This document shows positions 13,170 to 28,740 of a stretch of DNA of 64,000 nt, one piece after another. The notes below the pieces were generated by a model, which was given only the letters and a program-made list of their open reading frames with translations, ran no database searches and was not told the origin of the DNA. The translations under genes were made by a program, and so were the position numbers. Each line of letters opens with the position of its first letter. Position 1 is the stretch's first letter. Source of the stretch: the human T2T-CHM13v2.0 reference genome, Homo sapiens; assembly GCF_009914755.1 (NCBI RefSeq), contig NC_060947.1, one strand, 5' to 3'.

Positions 13170-14580
13170 ACTATCACTAGCCTATGCTTTTCATTTCTAC
13201 AGTCATTACTTATTATACATATAACTACTGTGATATTTGATGGAAGATTTTTGATAATTGATTCAGATTTTTCATTTCTTCTCTCTCCATCTTTGTTGTG
13301 TTTTTCAAAAATTTTGTCTAAGTCATTTAAGGTTTTAATATTATTGGAAGGAATATTTTTATAATATTTCCATATTTTCCTTTTTATATATTCAGAATCT
13401 GTAATCATATGTTCTCTTTCATTCTGAATAAGAATAATTGGTGATTTCTTCCCTTTTTCTTCTTCATTCTTGGCAGGAGTATATCAATCTTTCCATTTTT
13501 CCAAGGAATCAACTTTCAATACTATTAATTTTTTTATTTTTTGTACAATCACTATTTCATTGATTTTGATTCCTATTCTTATCTTTTTTACATTTCATTA
13601 GAGTTCAATTTGTTCTTTCTTTTCTAGTTTTGTTGAGTGGAATTTTAGATTGTTGATTTGACATCTTTTCTAATATAAGCAGGTAACTAAATAAATTTTC
13701 TGCTAGCAGTGCTTTTAGCTGAATCCCATATATTTTGATACATCTTACTGGTATTATTCCACAGTTTAAAATATTTTCTAATTTTTCTTGTGATTTTTTT
13801 AGCCCATGGATTATTAAAAGTGTTTTTTTTAATTCCAAATATTTGGAGTATATTTTAGATATCATATTGTTAATGATTTATATTATTTCTCCTGTGGTCA
13901 GAAATATAATCTCTAAGATTTCAATCTTTGAAAATGTATTAAGATTGGTTTTGTGGTATAGTACATGGTCTATCTTGATGAATGTTCCATGTGTATACGA
14001 AAAGAATGTGTATTCTGTTATTCTCAGGTATAGTATTTTGAAAATATCATTTAGGTCAAGGGGGTTGACGGTGTTTGTTAGATCTTCTATATTCTTAGGG
14101 TTAGTTTATCTACAGTATTTGCTCCGCTCCATGAGAGTCATTGAATTCTCAAAAATAACTACTGATTTATTTACCCTTTAATTCTGACTGCTGTTTTCAT
14201 GTATTTTGAATCTGTGCTATTAGATCTATATACATTTAATATTGTTGTCTTCCTTTTGAATTAACCTTTTTATCAATGTAAAATATCTCTATCTATGTAG
14301 TATTCACTTTATCCAGTATTATCATAGTCATACTTGCTTTCTTTTGCTTAGCATTTGTGTAGTTGTTTTTTTAAGGACTTATCTCTATGTTTATATATGA
14401 GTGTGCCACTTAAAATTAGCACAAAATATGTCTTTAATTTCTATTTTTTTCTGGATTGTTTAGTTATATTTAATGTAATTTTGGATACAGTTGGGTTTAA
14501 TTCTACCATAATTCTATATGTATTTGCAGAACACAATATATCTTTTGTATCTATGTTCTTCTTTTCTACTGTTTTTTAAG
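13170..14580 (-). mobile_element. Old L1M ORF2 fragment (endonuclease region)
   Basis: T-rich; the reverse strand gives degenerate L1 ORF2 peptide (ORF 13605..13865: SKYLELKKTLLIIHGLKKSQEKLENILN...IYGIQLKA). Confidence 0.75.
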
Positions 14581-14589
14581 TTAATTGAA

Positions 14590-16530
14590 TTTATTTTGTT
14601 TTTTATTGATATAGTACTTGTACATATTTATGGGGTATGTATGATTTTTTTTACATTCGTGGACTGTATAATGATTACATCAGGGTATTTGGGGTGTTCA
14701 GCACCTGAAGTAATTATCATTTCTATGTGTTTGGAACATTTCTAGTCCTCTCTTCTAGCTACTTCTAAATATACAATAAATTGCTTTTAACTATAGTTTT
14801 CCTACTCTGCTTTTGAAAAATAGAACTTCCTCGTTCTATCTAACTATATGTTTGTGCCCATCACCAACTTATCTTAATCCCCCTTCTACCTACATACCTA
14901 TTCCAACCTCCAGTGTCTATCATTCTACTCACTATGTTCATGAGATCAATGTTTTTTAGCTCCCACACCTGAGTGAGAACGTGATATTTGTCTTTCCATG
15001 CCTAGCTTATTTCACTCATCAGTGACCTTCAGTACCATCCATGTTGCTGCAGATAAGATGATTTTATTCTTTCTTTTATGGCTGAATAGCATCCCATTGT
15101 GTATATATGCCACATTTTATTTATCCATTCATCCACTAATGGCAACATAGATTGCTTCCATATCTTTCTTACGGTGAATAGTGCTGTAATAAATGTGAAA
15201 ATGCAGGAATCCCTTTGATATACTGATTTTTCTTTGAATAAATACCTAGTAATAGGATTGCTAGATTATATGCTAGTTATATTTTAGTTTTAAATAAGTC
15301 TCCACACTGTTTTCCATAGTGGCAGTACTAATTTACATTCCAATGCATATTGTATAAGAGTTCCCTTTTCACTGCATCCTCGCCAGCATCTGTTACTTTT
15401 TGTCTTTTAAATAATAATCATTCTGTGGTAAGATAATAACTCACTATGGTTTTGACTTGCATTTCCCTGATGGCTAGTGATGTTGAGTATTTTTTCCGTA
15501 TACATTTTAGCCATTTGTATGTATTCTTTTGAGAAATGTCCATTTGTGTCCTTTGTCCACTTTTTAATGGGATTATTTGGTGTTTTTGTTGTTGTTGTTA
15601 CTGTTGTTTGAGTTACTTGCATATTCTAGATATTAGTCTCTTGTTGGATGAATAGTTTTTAAATGTTTTCTCCCATTCTAAGGTTGTTTCTTCACTCCAT
15701 TGTTTCCTTTGCTGTGCAGAATGTTTTCAGTTTAATATAGTCCCATTTATCTCATTTTGTTTTTGTTGCCTGTGCTTTTAAGGTTTTAGCCATAAAAGCT
15801 TTTCCGAGACAGAATGTTTCCCTATGTGTTCTTCCAGTAGTTTTATATTTTTGGGTCTTTTGGGTCTTATATTTAAGTAAGTCTTTAATCAATCTTAAGC
15901 TGTTTTTTCCAAGCACCATTTATTGAAGAGGGTGTTGTTTCCCCAGTGTATGTTCTTGGTGCCTTTGTCAAACTCAGTTGGCTGTAAATATGTGGATTTC
16001 TTTCTGGCTTACTTTTTTTTCTCTTCTTTTGGTCTACGTGTCTGTTTTTATGCATGCCATAATGTTTTTGTGTCTGTAGTATATTTTGAAGTCTGATAGT
16101 GATGCTTCCAGCTTTGTTCTTTTTGCTCAGAATTGCTTTGGCTATTTGTACATTTTTTTGGTGCCCTGTGAATTTTAGGATTGCTTTTTTCTATTTCTGT
16201 GAAAAATGACATTGGTATTTTGATAGGGAATGCATTGAATCTCTAGATAGCTTTTAACAGTATGGTTATTTTAACAATATTAATTCTTCTGGTTCATGAG
16301 CATGGGATGTCTTTCTACTTATTTGTGTACTCTTCACAAACAACTTATTAGTAATAAGATTAATTAATAATCGTATTCATCAGTTTGGGGCAGTTTTCCT
16401 TGTAGAAGTCTTTCAGCTTGTTGGTTAAATGTATTCCGAGTGTTTTAATTTTTTGTAGCTATTGTAAATGTGATTGCCTTCTTGACTTCTTTCTCAGCTA
16501 GTTCATTATTGGTGTATAGAAACACTATGA
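14590..16530 (-). mobile_element. L1MA-type (about L1MA4-6) 3' 1.9 kb, inserted into the older L1M
   Basis: Reverse 3'UTR TTTATTGATATAGTACTTGTACATATTTATGGGG...; reverse ORF2 C-terminal peptide PNNPIKKWTKDTNGHFSKEYIQMAK (ORF 15407..15622). Confidence 0.85.
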
Positions 16531-16709
16531 TAGAATACTTTTTAAATTACATTTCATCACCCCTAATAACCTTTAAGATATTCCTCTTTTATTATTACTT
16601 TATTATTACTATTTTGTTACTTAGAGTTTAAAACACAAACATATAAATTTGTTTATGTGTAGTCTAAAGATCCTTTCCTGCTTTAATGGCAGATTTTACT
16701 AGTCACAAC

Positions 16710-16755
16710 AGAGCAATTATGGCCTGCAAACCTAAAATAGTTACTATCTGGCTGC
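16710..16755. mobile_element. MER58-like (hAT-Charlie) terminal fragment
   Basis: TATGGCCTGCAAACCTAAAATAGTTACTATCTGGC resembles the MER58 end. Confidence 0.5.
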
Positions 16756-16779
16756 TAAAGGATGAAAAGTGTTTCTTGC

Positions 16780-16995
16780 TCTCAATTCATATGTTGAAGC
16801 CACGATTTTTCAGTACCTTAGAATATGACTGTATTTGCAAATCTAGTCTTTAAAGTGGTGATTATGTTAAAATGAGGATAATTGTGTAGGCTCTAACCCA
16901 ACCTAACCGATGTCCTTATAACAGAGAAAATTTAGACACACGGAGACACCAGGATGTACATACACAGAAAAAAAACCATGTGAGTACAGTTGGAA
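16780..16995 (+). mobile_element. MLT1A/B-like MaLR LTR, 5' half
   Basis: AATTCATATGTTGAAG...GTACCTTAGAATATGACTGTATTTG...GTCCTTATAACAGAGAAAATTTAGACACA. Confidence 0.7.
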
Positions 16996-16999
16996 AGTG

Positions 17000-17783
17000 G
17001 TACACTGTCAGTGGGAATGTAAATTGGTATACTCATTATGGAAAACAATATGGAGCTTCCTCAAAAAATTAAAATAAAAAATAGAATTTCCATATGATCC
17101 AGCAATCCCACTTCTGGGTACATATTCAAAGGAAAGGAAATCAGTATATGAAAAAAAAATATCTGCACTCCCAAGTTCATTTCAACATTATTTGCAGTAC
17201 TCAAGGTACGGAATCAACCTGTGTCCACCAACAGATGAATGAATAAAGAAAATATGGCATGTATTCAAAACAGAATACTATTCAGTCTTAGAAAAAAAGC
17301 AAATGTCATCATCTGTGACGTGAATGAACCCTTAGGACATTATATTAAGAGAAAGAAGCCTGACACAAAAAGACAAGTACTGAAGAATCGCACCTGTATA
17401 TAGAATCTAAAAACAACAACAACAAATAAAACATTGAAGTCACAGAAGTAGACAATAGAATGGTGTTTATTAGAGGATGAGGTATAAGGGGTCGGGGAGA
17501 CATTGGTCAAATAATACAAAACTTCAGTTACATAAGAGAAATAATTTCAAGAGATCTATTGTACAACATGATGACTGTAGTTAAAAGATATATGTTTTAT
17601 TTTGAAAATCTCTGAGAGTAGATTTTAAGTGTTCTCTCCACAAAAATATGGTATGTGAGGTAATGTATATGTTCAACTCATATGACTCAACTGAGCCATT
17701 CCACAGTGTATACATATTTCAAAATATTATGTTGTCTTTTTAAAAATATGCATTTTTAATTTGCCAATTAAAAAATAAAATAA
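17000..17783 (+). mobile_element. L1MA (about MA7-9) 3' end
   Basis: TACACTGTCAGTGGGAATGTAAATTGG...TTCAAGAGATCTATTGTACAACATG...CATTCCACAGTGTATACATATTTCAAAA...CAATTAAAAAATAAAA. Confidence 0.8.
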
Positions 17784-17785
17784 TA

Positions 17786-18952
17786 TGAGCTAAAACTATA
17801 AAACATATAAAACCTATAAGAAAATATGGGGCAAATCTTTATGACATTAGATTTGACAGTGATTTTTTTAGATGTGACACCAAAAACACAGGCATCAACA
17901 AAATATATATAATTTTTTTGGACTTCATCAAAATTAAAAACTTCTTTGTGCTATCAAACAAGTGAAACACTATCAAATAGTGAAACACTATCAAACAAGT
18001 GAAAAAGCAACTTATAAAATGAAAGAAAATATTTGCAAGTCATATATTTGATAAAGAATTGGTTTCTAGAATATATATATAAAGAGCTCCTACAACTCAA
18101 CAACGAAAAAGAATACAAATCAATTGAATAGTGGACAAAAGGCTTAGACAATTCTCCAAAGAAATATGCAAGTATTCAATATATAAAAAATTATCAACAT
18201 CATTAGTCATTAAGAAAATAAAATGAAAATAACATATTACTTTATACCCATTATAATGGCTATTATCAATATGAAATAAAACTAATCTAAAAAAAAAGTT
18301 GTTAAGGATGTGTAGAAATTGAAACCCTAGTACATTGCTGATGAGAATGTAAAATGATGTAGCAGCTGTTGAAGACCTCTAGTGGTTACTGAAAAAATTC
18401 AACCCAGAACTACTATATATCCAGAAATTTCACTTCTAGGTATGTATCCAAAAGAATTGAAAGGAAGGACTGGAACAGCTATTTGTACATGAATGTTCAC
18501 AGCATTATTATTTGCAATTGCCAAAAAGTGGAAATAACCCACGTGTCTATATATATATGAATGAATTATCAATATGTGAAATATACATCTAATGAACTAC
18601 TCTTTAGCCTTAAAATGAAATAAAATTCTGATGTGTATTACAACATGGATGACTTTCAGAAATATTATGCTAAGTAAAATAAGTTAGACACAAAAGGGAA
18701 AATATTGTATGATCTCACGTGAGATACCTAGAGTAATCAAATTCTTAGAGACAAAATAGTGTGTTATAGGGTCGCATGGGAGGGGATCATTGGGAATCAT
18801 TGTTCAGTGGGTACAGGGTTTCAGGTTTGAAGGATGAACAGGTTTGGAGATGAATAGTAGTGATAGTTGCACGAGAACACGAATATTCTTAATTCCACTA
18901 AACTGTATGCTTAAAAATGGTAAATTTTGTGTTATGTGTATTTCACCACCAT
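17786..18952 (+). mobile_element. L1MB-type 3' end (ORF2 C-terminus plus 3'UTR)
   Basis: GAGCTAAAACTATAAAAC...GGACTTCATCAAAATTAAAAACTT...TGGGTACAGGGTTTCAG...ATGGTAAATTTTGTGTTATGTGTATTTCACCAC. Includes an 18-19-bp unit CTATCAAACAAGTGAAACA repeated three times at 17951-18003. Confidence 0.8.
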
Positions 18953-19103
18953 AACAACCGATACAGTAGCAAGAAAAAATCATGAATGTGGAAATATCCC
19001 AAAAGGGATGAGAAAAAAATTGAGTGAAATGGCTTTGGAATTTAGAATATAGGAATAGAACAGAGAAGAGAGTTATGATAAAATGAACAAAGAAACTTTT
19101 TTT

Positions 19104-19304
19104 TTTGCTATTGCCAAAAAGTGAAAATAACCCATATGTCTATATATGTATGAATGAATTATCAATATGTGCTATATACATCTAATGAACTATTCTTTAG
19201 CCTTAAAGTGAAATAAAATTCTGATGCATATTACAACATGGATGACTTTTGAAAATATTATGCTAAGTAAAATAAGTCAAACACAAAAGGGAAATATTGT
19301 ATGA
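19104..19304 (+). repeat. Dispersed ~200-bp duplicate of 18511-18712
   Basis: Base-by-base alignment with the L1MB segment upstream; roughly 90% identical by eye. Confidence 0.92.
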
Positions 19305-20823
19305 ATTGGTATGAAGAAAATAAGTAGATTAGGAAGATTATATCAATCAGATTATATGTAAAAGAGAAGTTATTGTTGAGAGTGAGGGTAGCAGGGATGG
19401 AACTTAGATTTGCACTTGGAAAATGGACTGGTGTGGGAAATAGTTTTTAACAGAAATTCTGTAAGTAATTTATAGAAATATTAATATGTATATTTTAATT
19501 ATCACACTTCAAGTGTAACATGGTTAGTTTATTACAAAGCAGCAGAAACATTTTAGATAATTCATTCTCAAAATCTGAGCATGCCCTGTACAAAGAATTA
19601 GTTTACATATCAATAATCCAGTACTCCAGCAGAGGGACATCTTGAGTTAAAAATTAACAAAGCAGCACTGAAAACAAAAGAGGAAGAAGGAATCTATTTC
19701 TTCCCACTCAACTGCCACTATTATACTACAGTGACAAAAACAATGCATTTTATTAAAATTTGTAATGCACTTAATATGGTCTATGGCCAATAATGCCTAA
19801 CTTTTCAAAATATACATTAAATTAACCCTTGGAACTTTTTAGCTATGGATCAGTAACATTATTGGAACTTGGGTATAAAAATTTAGCTCTTTTAATTATG
19901 CTGTTCAGATATAACATATATTAAGTCCCATGTTCACCATCTTTGTTGTTTTGCCTCCTAATATTCTGTACTATTTATGTCTTATTTTCCTCTTATTAAC
20001 CGTCCCAAATTAAATAGCAGCATTTGATAATACATTACACATGTAAACCTTTTGTCTTTCTCAATATCGTCATTCAAATTTTTACAGCTTCTTTGTTTTA
20101 ATTTAAAAAACACACATAAAATAGAAGTTTTAAATTAAAACTTTACATGTTTTGGACATTGGTTCCATTACTTTATTATTTTTAATTAATAGCTTCTTTG
20201 TGACTTTTTTCAATAGAAATTGTATGAATGAATAAAATCTAGCAATTACTCTGTTACAGAGTTGTACTTCCACCAGAAAGATGTTTTATAACATAGCCAG
20301 TTAACAGGAATTTATGAAATCAAATTATGTCTTCTCACTTTTGATTTAGACAACAGATGCAAGAATTATCATTTTCAGCTTTGATGACTGTCACCACCCA
20401 GTCTTTGGACATCATTTCTTTAACTTAGCAAATAAGTGTTGATTGACTAATTGTGTTTCAGGCACCTATGTTCTAGGTTCTAGGTACATGCCTGTTAATT
20501 TAAAGAAAAAAACCTCTCTGTCCTAATGGACTTTACATTGTGCTCATTGTTCTCCTGATCCTAAGAATTGTTACTTTCAGGTACTTCTGAAAGTGGGGAT
20601 AAAAAAGGGGCAAAATTAAGAAGATTGTCTCTTTCATGACCTTATCTCCTCTAGTTTTGCTTCTCTCTTTTATACTATTTTATCTTTGTTTTCTTCATTT
20701 CAATCAATTCTTCAACTTCATCTATAAATACATTTAGACCTCTTCAGACTGTAAATTTTGGGGGGAATTTATCCCTTAAGTCTCCTATGTTCTATTATCT
20801 AATCTTTTACTTACTTTTACTTT

Positions 20824-21225
20824 GTATCATTTAGGGTGCTTTTGGTCCATAAAACAGCAACCCAATTCAGAATGACTTAAATAACAATGAAATTTACTAA
20901 GCTACAAAAGTAAGGAGTCAGGGTGGCCTCGAGGCTCTGGCTCCATTTCTCTGTGATTCTTTACAATCTGCAGTTTTTTCATATATTGAATTTACCCTCA
21001 GGCTTCTAACAATAGGATTGAAATAGCTCAAGGTGTCAACTTCTGACATGGTGACCTCCAAAAGAAGAAAAGTATGTCTTTTTGTAGTGTCATGCTGACT
21101 TTCCTGAGAAGGAACTCCGCAGTGTTTGCATATCACATTGACAAGTTTTGGGCCACATGCCGATTTCTAAACTTATTACTGTCAAAATAAATAAGATTTT
21201 ATTACTATGATTCGTTTAGACTAAT
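20824..21225 (-). mobile_element. Old MaLR LTR (MLT1J/K-like)
   Basis: TGTATCATTTAGGGTGCTTTTGGTCCATAAAACAGCAACCCAATTCAGAATGACTTAAATAAC resembles the reverse-strand MLT1 terminus. Confidence 0.55.
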
Positions 21226-21678
21226 AGTTTTGAGTGGCATCAACTATGACTACTGCAACATCTCAAGTCAGTTTCTCTTAGACTATTTTTGGTCTACTTC
21301 GGTTTATATTGTTGGATGATGTTAACCCCTATGGTCCATTGTTGCCTGTGTAATGTAAGAAATGCATCACATAAAATCCATTATTTTTATATTACTTAAA
21401 ACATCCAGATAGAGTGCTTTATATATTGTAGTATATAGCACATTTTTTTAGTTTAACTTTGTTTTCACTATTTGAGGGTCAATATTGATGTAGACTGCAA
21501 GGTTCACAGAAAATTGATTCCAGACTAAATTAGCAGAGTTTTTGTTTTTTTCATCTTTTAAGAAACTGACTATTCTGTAACAATTATTATTATTAACACT
21601 ATTTTTGTTATTAAAATTATTGATACTAGAGTACAAAAAGGATAAGAAAAATGTGATTTGTTACTGTGAAAATATTAA

Positions 21679-22140
<462 letters not shown>

Positions 22141-22168
22141 TAAGAATCTTTAGGAAATGATATAACAG

Positions 22169-22528
<360 letters not shown>

Positions 22529-22599
22529 TCATGGGATGAATGAAACCACAAAATCCAATCTACATATTAGGGTTCATAGGCAATGAAGTACAGTGATTC

Positions 22600-22825
22600 C
22601 CTGAAAAGCAGGTTTTGGAGGCAGATACTTGCACTTTGAAGCCTGACACAACTTCACAGCATATGAACGTGCTTATTACTTCACTTCTGTAATACTCAGT
22701 TTATTTATACATAAACTGAGGCTATTAGAATTATACTTCATTTGGTTGTTTTTAGCATTGAAATAATATATCTAAAATAATAACCACCATATATACGACA
22801 TGATAAGCTCTCAATAAATGGCAAC
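22600..22825 (+). mobile_element. MIR SINE
   Basis: TTTGGAGGCAGATACTTG...CTCAGTTTATTTATACATAAACTGAGG...TAAGCTCTCAATAAATGG resembles the MIR core and tail. Confidence 0.65.
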
Positions 22826-22899
22826 GTTATTAATATGTACCAACTGTTGATTTTATAGATGTTGCCTAGTCAGTGATTATTTGTCTGTGCTATATGCTT

Positions 22900-23397
22900 A
22901 CTTAGTAAGCATAATAATGGCCCATCGAAGATACTAAAATTCCTGGAATTTTATAATGCATTATATTACATGGTAAAGGGGAATTAAGGTAGCAGATGGA
23001 ATTAAGGTTGTTAATCAGCTGACCTTACAATAGAGTGATTATCCAGAATTACTCAGGTGACCTCAGTATAATCACAAGGGTCTTTAAATGTGGAAAAGGG
23101 AGGCAGAAGAGGAGGTCAGAGTGATGTAAGAAGAACTCTTGCTGACTTTAAAGATAGAAGTAAGACAACTACAAGCCCAAGGAGTATGGGTGGCCTCTAG
23201 AATAAGGAAAGGGCAAGAAAAAAGATTCTCCCAGAGAATCTTCAGAAAGAAATACAGCCCTGTGGAAACCTTGATTTCAGTCCAGGGAGGACCACTTTAG
23301 GTTTCTAAACTATAAAACTGTAAGATTAAAAAATTTTATTGTTTTAAGTTGCTAAATTTTGGTAATTTATAACAGCAGCCATAGAAAACGAAAATAC
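22900..23397 (+). mobile_element. MLT1D-like MaLR solo LTR
   Basis: ATAATGGCCC...TACATGGTAAAGGGGAATTAAGGTAGCAGATGGAATTAAGGTTGTTAATCAGCTGACC...AACAGCAGCCATAGAAAACGAAAATAC. Confidence 0.8.
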
Positions 23398-23509
23398 CTG
23401 CCAGAAATGTTTAACATATATTTGTGATACTTACTCCTACAACATAAAGTATATTAAAAGTAGTTAATGCCCATGAAAATATTAACATGTTAAATTGCTA
23501 ACACTTCCC

Positions 23510-24450
23510 ATGTTCATTAATTAATTTATTTAATAAATAATTATTGAGTCCTTACTCTTTGCCAGGTATTGTGCTAGGTTCTAAAGATACAGTGATAATC
23601 CAAATAAGTCACAATTTTGTCACTCATGGACTTTTTTCTCCATGTAAATTAGCAAGGTTTGCTGCTATATTGGACATAGGGAGTAAGAAAGACAGGAGTA
23701 TTTATGAATAACTCCTAAATTTCTGGTTTTCAAAACTCGATAGAGAGATGCCATTCACTGATAGCGGACTTACTAGGTGAAGACTAAATCACATATTGCA
23801 TTAAATATGGTGAATTTAAAGTAACTTTGAGACAGTCAAGTGGAGATTTTCTGTGAGAGCTAGATAAATGTAACTGGTATCACAAGAGGTCTGGGCTTTA
23901 GATACGAACAAATAAGAAGAACAGAAGGCATTGGTATGGTTAAGTTCCCCTAAGGGGAGAGTATGGTATGAGCAAAAAGAGTACTTGGAACTGGGTCTTG
24001 AGGAATTCCAAGTGTAGAAGAAAACAAAATTATGTCATGAAATTAAAAAATAGAAACTGAAATATGATATTGGTAAACTTCATCAATGTCATTGCTGATG
24101 TTAGTGTGAGCCATCCAGGTGTAGTGATTAGGAGAGAATCCAAATTGGAGTAAGTTAGGAGTAAGGGTTGAAGAAATGAAATTAGATAGTATAGACAACA
24201 CTTTCAAGAAGCATGTCTATAAAGTGAAGAGAAGGAGAATCGGCATGAGAGCTGAATAAAAATATAAGTCAAGGGAGAAATGTATTTTTAAATAAGAGAG
24301 ACTGGAGCATGTTTTAAATGTCAGTAAGAGGGATCCACTTGAAAAATAATACTTGGCTATATAGGAAAACTAATGAGTAATTGATCATTAGTTTGAGACA
24401 CTGATAAGGAATAAGATTCAAAGCATGTGGTGTTTGAAGGGAGAGTGATA
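23510..24450 (-). mobile_element. L2 fragments
   Basis: TTCATTAATTAATTTATTTAATAAATAATTATTGAGTCCTTACTCTTTGCCAGGTATTGTGCTAGG is the typical reverse L2 3' end, followed by a purine-rich degenerate L2 body. Confidence 0.65.
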
Positions 24451-24581
24451 TGTCCAACAACATAACCATGGGGTAGAAGAAGAACACAGTTGTATATGGT
24501 TTTATATGCTTTGTATGCTTTTCAGTCAGAGCAGCCAGAAGAGAATATGGAGAAGAGGCTCAGGAAAAAAATAGAAAAAGA

Positions 24582-25069
24582 TGTATTAGACTCATAGGTC
24601 CTAGAGAAAGGAAGCAAGACATGCCTCAGAAAGCCACATGGGAAAGACACCAGGTGGGTCAGGAGGCAGAAGACAGGAGCAAGGGGACTGCATCAGACCA
24701 CAGCTTTTATTGAGGTTTCTGAGGAAATGGCAAGGCAGGGCAGGGATATCAGTTTAGGACTGGCTGGTTTGAATACTTTTGGTGGGCTTTAACCTGTAGA
24801 GCCGGTCCTTAGTTTCCTGGTCCTGAAATGATTAGGCCAGAGGAATATTGTCTCCTGGAGTGTACAGTCAGAAAGAGGAGGTGTGGCTTTGGATTTGTTA
24901 ATTTGCGTATCAAAGACACGCTTCCAGTTGGGCTTTTCATTATTTCCAAGAATTGGTTAGTCCTAGGAATGACCATCTTTCCTCAGCTAGAAAGGTTGTT
25001 TAAGATGTCCAAATATCATAATATTTGGATATATCATAATATACAGAAAAGTAATATATTTACAATACA
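24582..25069 (-). mobile_element. ERVL-class solo LTR (MER76-like)
   Basis: TGTATT...AATACA termini; the reverse strand starts TGTATTGTAAATATATTACTTTTCTGTATATTATGAT...GACATCTTAAACAACCTTTCTAGCTGAGG; reverse AATAAA near 24706. Confidence 0.6.
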
Positions 25070-25214
25070 CAAATATTGGGTTTAGCAGCCTGAGGTAGAA
25101 GGATGATTTTTTTTCTTTGAAGCGGCAGATAAACAGAGCCTATGGGGGAGGGGAGTGAACAACAGATTTGCGGACAAAAGAAACTTAGACTGTTAGATAT
25201 CTAATCTTAGTGAG

Positions 25215-25435
25215 AAGATAGTATTGATTGCCAGACTCATTCTAAACTGATTTACATGCATTATCTCACTTCATCCTCACAAGGACACTTGGAGATAGGT
25301 ACTCTGACTATCTCCACTGTATAAATGAGGAAACAATCATAGTAACTTCCCTAAATTAATTTATATAGTAAAGGATAAGTCTAAGATTTAATTATGGGTT
25401 TCAAAGCCATCTCCTTTATATCTGTGTTATACAGC
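25215..25435 (-). mobile_element. MIR SINE
   Basis: TTTACATGCATTATCTCACTTCATCCTCACAAG...TATCTCCACTGTATAAATGAGGAAAC. Confidence 0.7.
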
Positions 25436-25600
25436 CTCATAAGAGAGGCCATGAGAGGAATTGTAAGAGAAACAGAAAATTTTGTCAAGTCCACATCTTT
25501 GTCAAACATATACTAGACTTCTATTGTGATGGCTTATGAAATCATTAAAAATCATTTAAAAAGTTGAATAGAAGTTATTGGTCAAAAGTTAGAGAGACTA

Positions 25601-25653
25601 TACTCTAGCCTGGGAGATAGACAGAGACCCCATCTCAAAATTAAACAAAAAAA
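25601..25653 (+). mobile_element. Alu 3'-end fragment
   Basis: TACTCTAGCCTGGGAGATAGACAGAGACCCCATCTCAAAATTAAACAAAAAAA. Confidence 0.7.
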
Positions 25654-26843
25654 GTATTGTTTTATTGTTTCTTTCAGTAATCTGGCTCTCTACTTGGCTA
25701 ATGCAACAATATACTACTACGCTAGTTCTCATTCTCCTACTTCAAATACTCCTTTTCAGCGTCCTTTATAAACTCACGCCTCCCTCCCAATATAAACGGT
25801 TAAGTTTTCATCTTTGATCCTAGTCCCTTCCCATTTTATAACTTTCCCTGAACAATCTCATTAACTATTAAGAAACTATGCTGATGACTCACAAATCTAT
25901 TTCTGAATATCATTTGTAAGATATCTACAGGACAGTTTTCTGCAAGACAACTTATAAATATTCTACAGATACTTCGAACTATACATGGACCAAGCCAAAC
26001 TTCCTTTTCCTAGTTCTAGGATCTATCCTCATTTAAAAATCCCTACTGTCACAATTCTGGTATACATACTCATCCCCTTTACTACCACTCGAAACTGGTC
26101 TATATGATTATAATCGGTCCTTTCTCATTTAGACAGTGCTTCACACTTCTAAGACATGTTATAGCATACTACTATTCATTTTATAAGACACTGAAGAATT
26201 TTCCATAGTTTTTGTTATATGGTCTATACTCCATAACATGGCATTCAAATCCTACAGGTCAGTAAATCTCACATTTTGAGACATAGGCCCATTTAAATAG
26301 GATAAAAAACCGTGAAGCTTACATACCTCACTCACTCCTACTGTCCAGTGGTAACAAAAAACTGAGGATAAAACAGTGATCACAATAATAGCAATGTCAC
26401 TATGATACAATCACAAAATGATCACAAAATTCTAAATTTTCATAAACTATAAAATTTTACAATATTTTGTTTTGTCAATAATATAAATGTATTTCTTAAC
26501 AGTTTTTTACAAACTGTACTAACAGAAAATCAGCTTTTGGAAACAATGAAAATAATATAAATGACATGTTGATAATAAAACACATTTTCTGAAAACCGAC
26601 AATTCCAACTATCAGTGTTTGCATGTATGGAAGAAGTGATGCAGTGTTACCCCACACATCGAATAAGACAAACTTCTTAATTTATTGATGGAATTATAGT
26701 CCTCTGTTAACTTTAGTAATTTACTGAATGTTAGTAACTGTTAATAACCCACTTAATTACTGGTAAGAAAGCTGTCTTTCTTGACATTATTCTTTGTCAT
26801 TCACCAAGTCATAGCCCGCTTCCTTTTAGAAATAATAAATGAC

Positions 26844-28740
<1,897 letters not shown>

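Noticed and set aside
17951-18003. Three 18-19-bp direct repeats, superficially CRISPR-like
   Set aside because: No spacers, eukaryotic context, located inside an L1; simple slippage duplication.
26250-26820. Possible degenerate hAT/Charlie transposase fragment on the minus strand
   Set aside because: Only a vague resemblance; I could not identify terminal repeats or a translatable motif.
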